Shown: positions 28,839 through 42,849 of the stretch, piece by piece | How positions within the stretch are numbered: position 1 is the stretch's first letter | Layout of the letters: the number at the start of each line of letters is the position of its first letter | Source: the human T2T-CHM13v2.0 reference genome, Homo sapiens | Assembly: GCF_009914755.1 (NCBI RefSeq) | Contig: NC_060942.1 | Length of the DNA: 64,000 nt | Direction: 5' to 3' (one strand) | The notes under the pieces: generated by a model | The model's database searches: none | What the model saw: the letters and a program-made list of their open reading frames with translations, nothing else | Told to the model about the DNA's origin: nothing | Program-made: the position numbers and the translations under genes

Positions 28839-29139
28839 GTTTTTTTTTTTTCTTTTTTGAGATGAAATCTTGCACTGTCGCCTGGCCTGGAGTGCAGTGG
28901 CGCAGTCTCAGCTCACTGCAACCCCCGCCTCTCAGGTTCATGTGATTCTCCTGCCTCAGCCTCCCGAGTAGCTGAGACTATAGGCACACACCGCCACACC
29001 CAGCTATTTTTTTGTATTTTTAGTAGATACAGGGTTTCACTATGTTGGCCAGACTGGTCTCAAACTCCTGACCTTGTGATCCACCCACCTCGGCCTCCCA
29101 AAGTGCTGGGATTACAGGCATGAGCCACCACGCCCAGCC
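28839..29139 (-). mobile_element. AluS (Sg/Sc-like)
   Basis: Full dimer with the 2-bp left-arm deletion (gaccttgtgatcc); TSD aagtctgtgag. Confidence 0.95.
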
Positions 29140-31159
29140 AAGTCTGTGAGTTTTTATTGCAACTAAGAAGGAATAGTCATAAAGGGATTTGATTTTGAAC
29201 CAAGACTGAAAGGAACTGAAGGCTACTTTTTGGCAGATTAAAAGGTGGCTGCCACTGTATGCATATTGGATCAGTCTGAACAGAGATATTAATTTTGGAG
29301 GGAGAACCTTATTTGAAGTACAGCAGATAGATTTGCTTGACTGGTATGGAAAGCAAGAAGGGTTCTGTGATCTCTTTGATAGTTGTGACGTAATAATGGA
29401 AAGGCTTTATTTCGGTCAGACGATAAGAGCATGAATTAGAAGTCCTTTGATTGTTGCAGATGAACTGTCACATCAGGAAGGCATTCTGGCAGTGGCTGGA
29501 GGGACAGATAAGTTAGCGGGGAGTAACTAGACTATGAACCTTGGAGAAAATGTAGTTTAAGTATGAATATGAATATGAATATTGAACTCTGATTAGTGAA
29601 TAAGTGGTATTAGTTTCCTGAAAAAAAAAAACCCTCCATACACTCATACACTCCTGTCAACATGCATACCTCATAGTACATTCACTTTCGTAGGCTTGAT
29701 TCATCATAAGTTCTGAAATTGTTAATTATAAATATATTCTCTAAGGACTTTCAGTGTGCACAGCATATACGTATATCAAGTAGAAAGTGTATCTTTTTAT
29801 CATGAAACTTACATAAACATAAACCTCGTAGATTTGTGTATTTTTGTGGCAGTTTTCCAACAGATGAAAATAAGTGTCTTGAGGAAGGAAGGGGCGGGCT
29901 CTCTTTTCTAATTGCACAGAGGTACAATGTGGGTTAGCTGTGGCCTTGGATGGTAACCTGCCTGACTGCTCTCTTCCTCCTGATGTGACAGCCCTGAGTT
30001 CCATTTCATATCTAGCACTAAGTTTCCAAGAATGAGATTCAGAAGTTTGGGTGAGGGGAGGGGGAGCAACAACTGTACCCAAGTGTCAGAGCCAGGCTGC
30101 ACTCAGGCCTGAGGCTCAGCTTTTAGGAACCAAGGTCTAGTTTCAGGGATAAGAATATTACTGGTAGGAAGCCTATTACTGTGTGTTTTGAAAGAGGGGG
30201 CTTTGTAATTCTTTTCAAGTCACAGGACTCCATCCCGTGGGGGTATCTGTGGAACTGCTGAATCTTTAATGACGTATGATCTTGCTTCCTGTAAGTTAAG
30301 TTTGCCTGGTAGTAACCATTGTACCTCTCTCAGAAGAACCAAGATATACTGTTATCCAGAAAAGAAATCTCAAAGAGCCAACAATCTTTCTAGGATATTC
30401 ATGCCTTTCCTATAATAATGTTTTCTGAAGTTATGTAATATTTGATACAAACAAAAGGACATACGTAACCTACATAAATTGTGCAGCATAACAATAATCA
30501 ACTTCCCATCTTAAAAACAGAATACTTCTAGAACCTTTTCCCCTAACTGTAGTCTTCTGCTCATTTTATCCCTGTGTCTCCAGAACAGAGGTAGCCAATA
30601 TCTTCATTTTTATGTAAATTTTTCCTTTGCTCTTCTCTTACATTGTTATTAAAATAGTTTTATCGCATACGTATGTATTCTTAAACCATTTCCTTTTGCA
30701 TGTTTTTCAGGTTTATAAGATTGCATCATAGTAGTCCTGTGGGACTTGTTTTTTTAATTCAATATAATGTGTTTCTGAAACACATTATAGCTCATAGCCA
30801 TAGCTAATTCTGTAGTCTAACTTTCCATTGTAGGGATATTTATCTGCTTTTGGCTCAGTAAATATTTGGATTGTTTCCTTGCTTTTCTTTTTTATTCTTT
30901 TGACAATAATGCTGGTAAAGACATTTCTGCACATGTCTCCTGGAGCCCAGTGGGAAGAATTTCTCTAGGAATGCATTTTTCAAACCCTTTAGATGCAGCA
31001 TGAAATGTATTTTCGTTGTTACATGGTTATTACATGATACAATCCATATCTTTTAAAATCCATTTTCATGTTTCTTTTCTATTCTCTTTCATTAAAACAA
31101 ATGCCACTGTGATATGACCTAGGGATACAGCCTGCACTCTGAAAAAACACTCCTCCAAG

Positions 31160-31820
31160 ACAGAACTTCTCCAACTTCAGTGTGCAGGTGAAGATTCAGC
31201 TTCAGGAGGTCAGAAGTAGGGCCTGAGTATCTGCATTCCTAGTAAGCTTCCAGGCGATGCTGCTGTGCTGGTGTGAGAACCAACACTATTTTGAATAGCA
31301 GGGCTCTAGGCTCTTTCTCAAATTTCTCTGATGACAAGAATCACCCAGGCTGCTTCTTATGATACAAATTCTGGGGCTTCATCACAGGCCCAACAAATCT
31401 AAGTCTCTGGGGATGAGGCCTAGAGAGTTTTATAGGGTCATGTGTTGCATAATGACATTTTGGTCAACCGCAGACCACATATACCACTGTGGTCCCATAT
31501 GATTATAATACCATGTTTTCACTGTACCGTTTCTATGTTTAGATACAAAAATAGTTACCACTGTGTTTCTGTTGCCTACAACATTCAATACAGAAACATG
31601 CTCTTCAGGTTTGTAACCTAGGGGCAGTAGGTGGCACCCTATAGCCTGGGTGTGGAGTAGGCTCTACTGTGTAGGTTTGGGTAAGTGCACTCTATGATGT
31701 TCACACAATGAAATCACCTAACAATCCATTTCTCAGAATGTATCTCTGTTTTTGGGAGATGCATGACTGTATTTTTGAAAATCTGCCAGGTTATTCTTCT
31801 AAGTGAAGGAATACTATTCT
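31160..31820. mobile_element. Two MER5-like hAT-Charlie MITEs, the second split by Tigger3a
   Basis: gtagggcctgagtatctgcattcctagtaagcttccaggcgatgctg; agaatcacccaggctgctt...aaatctaagtctctggggatgaggcct; TCTAGG at the junctions. Confidence 0.65.
31435..31769 (+). mobile_element. Tigger3a/MER7-type MITE
   Basis: gtcatgtgttgcataatgacattttggtcaacc...gtggtcccat...gcatgactgta; reverse-complement homolog of 12502-12827. Confidence 0.85.
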
Positions 31821-33414
31821 AGGATTTATGCCTAAGAATATAACAGCTGGATTGTATTCTAAGGTTAGCTTTACAAGATGATGCCAACTTGTGTTCCATA
31901 GTGGCTGTACCAATCCCACTCTCATTAATGATGTATAACACATTGCATTGATCTACATTCTGCCAACAATCAGTATTACCAGACTTTCTAATTTTTGTGA
32001 ATCTGATTGGTATAGAATGGAATTTACTTTGACTCTAATGTGCATTTCTCAGATTAGTATTAAGCTTGAGCATATTTTCACGTTTGTGGTCTATAATTTT
32101 CCTCTTCTTCAAAAGTCCTGTTCTTTTACCAACTTTTCTTTTGAGTTGTCAGCTTTTTCTTGTGATTGGTGGAAGTTCTGTATATAATCAATATCTCTCG
32201 TTTGTTTAGTGGTTGCCAATGTCTTCTATTCTGTGCTTTGCCTTTTACTTTTCTACTAAATACCTCTTTATATCATTTGTCTTTATTGTGTTTGGTTGTT
32301 TTCCCTTCTTTACAATAATAAGGTTTTAGCTTAGGTTTTCACTTTCCTTATGATACATTTTGATAAATATGTTCTTAATTTTAGTGTAGCATAAATTATC
32401 AAGCTTTTCATTGATAGTTGGTGCTTAAGAACTATTTCTTTGCCCTGTAATCAGAAAAAATAATCCCCTACATTCTTTAATTTAAAAAATTAAATTTGGG
32501 TTTTTGTGCTTCTAATTGAGTCAGAATTGATTTTTGTATATGATACAGAGTAGGAATCCACTTCTCCTAGCACCACTTGTGTTTCCCCCAGGAATCAGAA
32601 ACACCACCTCTATCATATAGAACATCAGGATTTCTGTTGTGCTCCATGTCTGTTCTTTCAGCAACACCACACTGTGTAGTTACTGTAGCTTTTAAATAAC
32701 TCTTGGCATCTGATAGAACAAATTTTCCTACCTCATTCTTCCTACGGAGTGTTCTGTTTGGGGACCTTTGCACGTCTTTATTTACTTTAGAATCAATTTA
32801 TCAAGTTCCTTAAAACTCTAATTAGGTTTTAATTGAAATTGTAGTGATTCTATAGATTAGCTTGGGGAGAACTGACACCTTTACCACATTGAGTCTGCCC
32901 ATTCATAAACATGGTATAACTCCAATTATTTTGGTCCTCACTAATGTCTTTCAATGAGGTTTTGGATTTTTATCTGTTATTGGTGTCTTGTAAGATTTAT
33001 TCCTGGGCTCCTTATATCATTTGATCTTGTTGTAAATGAAAAAAATTCAGTAATGTTTCAGTTTGATAATATACAAAAAATGCAGAGGAGTTCAAAATTA
33101 ATCCCCTATTTGGTCACCTTGCTGACATTTGCTATTTTTGTATAACTTGTAGGTCCTGCTTGTTTGCCAAGCCTGTCACATTGTCTGTGTATAATTAAAG
33201 TGCTGTTTTTTCTTGTTTCATTCTTACACTTTTCATTTCTTACTGTACTGAATGGAACCTCCAGGAAAATGTTATAGTGAAACAGCTTAGATTTATTTTT
33301 TGTAAACAGATTATGGCACGATGTTGATTTTACCTTTAATTCTCTGGGCATTTTAATAGACAATATTTTATTTACATGTATTGTCATTACTAGTATATAC
33401 TAGTAGTAATATAT

Positions 33415-33464
33415 ACTAGTAGTAGTAATATATATATATATATATATATATTACTACTACTAGT
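33415..33464. repeat. Perfect 50-bp palindrome centred on (AT)12
   Basis: actagtagtagta-(at)12-tactactactagt equals its own reverse complement. Confidence 0.95.
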
Positions 33465-35475
33465 GGTAGACTTCTGTGTACCACTTTTCTGTTTGCTTTC
33501 TGGTTTTTCCTGTTTTTCTACATTTCCCCTCACCCCTTGCCTTTTTTCTTTTCTTTTGTTTTTTTCCCATAATTGACTGAAATAACTTTTTTTCTTTAGA
33601 TGAGTTACTTGTTACTGAAGGTATTATCCTATGGCTATCTGTATAGTGATTACCCTAGAGAGTTTGCCTTGCATACTTAAAGTTTATAGTTGATATCTTA
33701 AACTTCCCTTCCCAGTGATGGAAAGATCTTACAACACTGTAACTCTGAGCATTGCCCTACCTGTGTGTATGCTCTTGTTGTCGGCAGTCTAATTCTGTAT
33801 ATATAAAAAGCTCTAAAATTAGACAGTATTGTTATTTTACAAACATAAGTTTTTATGTTTTTTTGCTCACCATTTCTTCTAGCATCTCAGACCTTCTTTC
33901 AAAACTCATTTTTCTTTTTGAAGGTGATCCTTTATTGCAGGTTCATTGGTAGTAAGTTCACTCAGGTACAATTCTTTGAAATTAGCTTTATTTTGTCTTG
34001 ATCCTTGAATGATAGTTTTGCTACGTATATAGTTCTAAGTTGACATATTCATATTTTCTCTTTGTACTTTGAATATTTTGTTCCCTTGTTTTTTGCCTTC
34101 CACTGTTGTTGTCTAGAACTCTTTGTTCAATCTGCCATTACTTTGTAGGTGATGTGCTTTTTCTCTCTAGATGCTTTTGAGATCATCTCTTTGATTATTT
34201 TGGTGTTGGTGGTTTAACTACATTATGTCTAAATGTGGAATTTAATTTTTCTATCTTTTGTATATGTTATACTTTCTGTATCTTTTGACTGATATCTCTT
34301 GTCAATTCTGGAAATTTCTCAGACATTATGTCTTCAGTTAGTGCCTCTCCTCTATTCCCTGTGTTCTACTTCTGGAATGCCAATTAGACATAGATACACC
34401 CTCTAATTTTGCCCTCCATCTTCCTTTCTTATTTTCTATTATGTTCCTATTTCTATTTTTCTGTGCTACATTCTAGATAATTTCCTCTGATCCATGCACT
34501 ACTTCACTAATTCTGTCTTAAGCTGTGTCCAATCTTGCTGTCTAGTTTTATACAGTACATAATTAATGTCCTATCCATTGAGGTTTTTGTTTTATTTCAA
34601 CAGTGTTTTTATTTCTAAAAGTTACGTTAGCTGTTTTTAAAATTGGTCATTTTCAGTGACGTATTACATGTTCATTTTTAGAATTACATTTTTAATTTTA
34701 GAAGTGGCACGCAAATTTTATATTCTGAATCTGGTAATTTGAGTGATGTGAATCTGTTGTTTCTTATCTCTTTTGACTCTGTCAGGGCATCTTGTTTTCT
34801 GTTATTTTTGTTAATCTTTACTAGTGAGCTTATATTTGGGTGGGCTTTATTTGTGAAAGTAGGAGGCCTATATTTATGTATCAGTGTGTTTATAGAAGAT
34901 TTGTATTTGTGTTTGCTGGAATCAGGAGATGGTACTGACTGCAGATACTTTACACACTGTTATTCGTATGAGATTACCTTGAGAACATCATATTTGGCTT
35001 CCCTGCCCCTGGCCCATGGCTTAATCTTTGGATGCCGGTGCTGATATAGACAACTAGAGTTCCACCTTACCCTTTGTTTTGGATAAGGGACATGGTGTAA
35101 GGTGTTGCTGGAGACACACTACATCCTACGCAATTAAAAAAATTGTCTTATACCGGATCTAGTTGTTTTCAAATGGGAGAGTCCTTGAGAGTAAATGATA
35201 TGCCATTCTGTTATAATCAGAAATTGTAATAATTACTTTATGGATGTATTCTTCATTTATTAATTTATCTAATTATTTGATGAGTCTGAATATTTTGCTT
35301 TCATACAAACACAATAATAATATGATATAATGAGTGGTTGTTGAGAGAAATTCTTAACATAAACCTTTGTCAAATACAGTTGCTATAGCCAAAGAAAGAA
35401 ATAGTTCTATGTATTGTAAATCTCTATTTGAAATACTATGCCAAATAAATGATGCAACTCATAATCGCACATTAG

Positions 35476-35768
35476 GGCTGGTTGCAGTGGCTCATGCCTG
35501 TAATCTCATCACTTTGGGAGGCCGAGGCAGGTGGATCACGAGGCCAGGAGTTCGAGACCAGCCTAGTCAACATGGTGAAACTCCGACTCTAAACTACAAA
35601 ATTAGCCAGGCATTGTGGCAAACACCTGTTTTCCCTGCTACTCAGGAGGCTGAGGCAGGAGAATTGCTTGAAACCAGAAGGTGGAGGTTGTGGTTAGCTG
35701 AGATTGTGCCACCACACTCCAGCCTGGGCGAAAGAGTGAAACTCCATCTCAGAAGAAAAAAAAAAAAA
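35476..35768 (+). mobile_element. AluS (Sg-like)
   Basis: ggatcacgaggccaggagttcgagacc; TSD ataa(tc/at)gcacattag. Confidence 0.93.
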
Positions 35769-35779
35769 GATAAATGCAC

Positions 35780-36480
35780 ATTAGACTTTGCTTATTTACA
35801 TTTAACTGGAACCATTACTTTAAGATCTGTCCTTCGGAGCCAGTATAGGCCCATAGCCTTGAAATGCAGCCTTTTTTAGCAAAAAAAAAAAAAATGGAAC
35901 ATCTGAACATTGTTTTTCTTTTGGAGAGAAGTTTGACATTGTCTGTTGTACTTAGAGATGTATAACATCTACAAGTCAGCAGTCTTACTTTTAACATGCA
36001 CTAAGGGAAACTGGCCAGGAGGGCGTATAGACAAAGATGCTGCTCATAGCACTGCTTGTAGTAGAGAAAAGGTAAACTCAGCTATCTTTTCTGCAGTAAG
36101 GGAATGGATAAGTAAACTGTATTTTATTTATTTAATGTAATTCTAGACACCAGTTAAACTAACATAGCTTCAACTCTGCTATATTGAATGAAATCTCATG
36201 TTGCAAAAAATAGTAGCATTTTTGAAAATTTTTAAGCATCCTAGATATATATAATAAAAGTACAAAACCATGTTTGGGAATGATAGATAATAACCTTTGA
36301 ATAGGAAGTAGGAAGGTGGCAAAATTTTATATCAGTAATATTTTATTTCTTTAATAAAAAGTGATCTGAAACAAAACATAAAATGTTAACATTTGATATT
36401 AGTGGATACACAGAATATTGTTTTATTTTGTACTTTTCAATGTGTTTTAAAGGTTTTATTACTTAAAACTTCAAAAACCC
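35780..36480 (+). mobile_element. L1ME-like 3' fossil
   Basis: agtaagggaatggataagtaaactgtatt...aaaatgttaacatttg...tattttgtactttt. Confidence 0.55.
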
Positions 36481-36799
36481 TAAACACCAACAAAAAATTA
36501 TTCTGTTTAAAATGAAAACATATTTCAACCATTGTTGTGATACTGTGATACTTCTTTTTTTTTTTTTTTTTTTTTTAGCTATTCTTTTTTTTTTATTATA
36601 CTTTAAGTTTTAGGGTACATGTGCACATTGTGCAGGTTAGTTACATATGTATACATGTGCCATGCTGGTGCGCTGCACCCACTAAATCGTCATCTAGCAT
36701 TAGGTATATCTCCCAATGCTATCCCTCCCCCCTCCCCCCACCCCACCACAGTCCCCAGAGTGTGATATTCCCCTTCCTGTGACCATGTGATCTCATTGT

Positions 36800-40627
<3,828 letters not shown>

Positions 40628-40690
40628 TATGATGTTAGCTGGTTATTTTGCTCGTTAGTTGATGCAGTTTCTTCCTAGTCTCGATGGTCT

Positions 40691-41707
40691 TTACATTTTG
40701 GCATGATTTTGCAGCGGCTGGTACCGGTTGTTCCTTTCCATGTTTAGTGCTTCCTTCAGGAGCTCTTTTAGGGCAGGCCTGGTGGTGACAAAATCTCTCA
40801 GCATTTGCTTGTCTGTAAAGTATTTTATTTCTCCTTCACTTATGAAGCTTAGTTTGGCTGGATATGAAATTCTGGGTTGAAAATTCTTTTCTTTAAGAAT
40901 GTTGAATATTGGCTCCCACTCTCTTCTGGCTTGTAGGGTTTCTGCCGAGAGATCCGCTGTTAGTCTGATGGGCTTCCCTTTGAGGGTAACCCGACCTTTC
41001 TCTCTGGCTGCCCTTAACATTTTTTCCTTCATTTCAACTTTGGTGAATCTGACAATTATGTGTCTTGGAGTTGCTCTTCTCGAGGAGTATCTTTGTGGCG
41101 TTCTCTGTATTTCCTGAATCTGAACGTTGGCCTGCCTTGCTAGACTGGGGAAGTTCTCCTGGATAATATCCTGCAGAGTGTTTTCCAACTTGGTTCCATT
41201 CTCCGCATCACTTTCAGGTACACCAATCAGACGTAGATTTGGTCTTTTCACATAGTCCCATATTTCTTGGAGGCTTTGCTCATTTCTTTTTATTCTTTTT
41301 TCTCTAAACTTCCCTTCTCGCTTCATTTCATTCATTTCATCTTCCATTGCTGATACCCTTTCTTCCAGTAGATCGCATCGGCTCCTGAGGCTTCTGCATT
41401 CTTCACGTAGTTCTCGAGCCTTGGTTTTCAGCTCCATCAGCTCCTTTAAGGACTTCTCTGTATTGGTTATTCTAGTTATACATTCTTCTAAATTTTTTTC
41501 AAAGTTTTCAACTTCTTTGCCTTTGGTTTGAATGTCCTCCCGTAGCTCAGAGTAATTTGATCGTCTGAAACCTTCTTCTCTCAGCTCGTCAAAGTCATTC
41601 TCCATCCAGCTTTGTTCCGTTGCTGGTGAGGAACTGCGTTCCTTTGGAGGAGGAGAGGCGCTCTGCGTTTTAGAGTTTCCAGTTTTTCTGTTCTGTTTTT
41701 TCCCCAT
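40691..41707 (-). CDS. ORF1: L1 ORF1p, intact 338 aa RNA-binding/chaperone protein
   Basis: MGKKQNRKTGNSK...QNHAKM, full length, with REKG, ARR and YPAKLS motifs intact. Confidence 0.96.
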   Translation of the reverse strand: MGKKQNRKTGNSKTQSASPPPKERSSSPATEQSWMENDFDELREEGFRRSNYSELREDIQTKGKEVENFEKNLEECITRITNTEKSLKELMELKTKARELREECRSLRSRCDLLEERVSAMEDEMNEMKREGKFREKRIKRNEQSLQEIWDYVKRPNLRLIGVPESDAENGTKLENTLQDIIQENFPSLARQANVQIQEIQRTPQRYSSRRATPRHIIVRFTKVEMKEKMLRAAREKGRVTLKGKPIRLTADLSAETLQARREWEPIFNILKEKNFQPRISYPAKLSFISEGEIKYFTDKQMLRDFVTTRPALKELLKEALNMERNNRYQPLQNHAKM

Positions 41708-42014
41708 CTTTGTGGTTTTATCTACTTTTGGTCTTTGATGATGGTGATGTACAGATGGGTTTTCGGTGTGGATGTCCTTTCTGTTTGTTAGTTTTCCTTC
41801 TAACAGACAGGACCCTCAGCTGCAGGTCTGTTGGAGTACCCTGCCGTGTGAGGTGTCAGTGTGCCCCTGCTGGGGGGTGCCTCCCAGTTAGGCTGCTCGG
41901 GGGTCAGGGGTCAGGGACCCACTTGAGGAGGCAGTCTGCCCGTTCTCAGATCTCCAGCTGCGTGCTGGGAGAACCACTGCTCTCTTCAAAGCTGTCAGAC
42001 AGGGACATTTAAGT

Positions 42015-42215
42015 CTGCAGAGGTTACTGCTGTCTTTTTGTTTGTCTGTGCCCTGCCCCCAGAGGTGGAGCCTACAGAGGCAGGCAGGCCTCCTAGAGCT
42101 GTGGTGGGCTCCACCCAGTTCGAGCTTCCCGGCTGCTTTGTTTACCTAATCAAGCCTGGGCAATGGCGGGCGCCCCTCCCCCAGCCTCGCTGCCGCCTTG
42201 CAGTTTGATCTCAGA
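42015..42215 (+). promoter_or_regulatory. L1 antisense promoter (ASP) region, pointing in the PTPRM sense direction
   Basis: Placed by homology to about L1 nt 400-600, around the ORF0 ATG; activity is inferred from family knowledge only. Confidence 0.65.
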
Positions 42216-42378
42216 CTGCTGTGCTGGCAATCAGCGAGACTCCGTGGGCGTAGGACCCTCCGAGCCAGGTGTGGGATATAGTCTCGTGGTGCGCCGTTTT
42301 TTAAGCCGGTCTGAAAAGCGCAGTATTCGGGTGGGAGTGACCCGATTTTCCAGGTGCGCCCGTCACCCCTTTCTTTGA
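42163..42378 (+). CDS. ORF0: L1 ORF0, intact 71 aa antisense ORF
   Basis: MAGAPPPASLPPCSLISDCC...RCARHPFL, strong Kozak context gcaATGG; donors CAG|GTGTGG after 42268 and CAG|GTGCGC after 42353. Confidence 0.88.
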   Translation: MAGAPPPASLPPCSLISDCCAGNQRDSVGVGPSEPGVGYSLVVRRFLSRSEKRSIRVGVTRFSRCARHPFL

Positions 42379-42762
42379 CTCGGAAAGGGAACTCCCTGAC
42401 CCCTTGCGCTTCCCAGGTGAGGCAATGCCTCGCCCTGCTTCGGCTTGCGCACACCCACTGGCCTGCGCCCACTGTCTGGCACTCCCTAGTGAGATGAACC
42501 CGGTACCTCAGATGGAAATGCAGAAATCACCCGTCTTCTGCGTCGCTCACGCTGGGAGCTGTAGACCGGAGCTGTTCCTATTCGGCCATCTTCCATTGTG
42601 ACACTTCTAACCTTATTTTTGTACAGTTCATCATTCAGGGAGAATAAAATATGACATGTTATCATTATTAAGTGCCTTACCAATACCCACATTTCTTTAT
42701 TTTGGAAGGTATCAACAGTAAATTTCTACCCCTCTTTTTCCAACCTCTCTATTCAATAACAC

Positions 42763-42849
42763 TTTTATTTTTTATGGATTTAGGGGTACAAGTACAGTCA
42801 TGCAATATGGATATATGGCGTAGTGGTGAAGTCTGAACTTTCAGCATTC
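42763..42849 (-). mobile_element. Short L1PB-like 3' end fragment
   Basis: ttatggatttaggggtacaagtacag...tggatatatggcgtagtggtgaagtctg. Confidence 0.65.

Larger units (their letters stand above)
30400..35050 (-). mobile_element. Ancient L1M fragments, interrupted at about 30970-31820 by DNA transposons
   Basis: T-rich degenerate L1 motifs (gcacatgtctcc, accacactgtgtagttactgtagcttt, gaatcaatttatcaagttcc, tgaatgatagttttgct, tcaattctggaaatttctcagacattat). Confidence 0.7.
41708..42592 (-). promoter_or_regulatory. L1 5'UTR: CpG-rich internal sense promoter
   Basis: The only clearly CpG-dense stretch in the window; YY1 core AAGATGGCC at 42584-42592. Confidence 0.88.
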
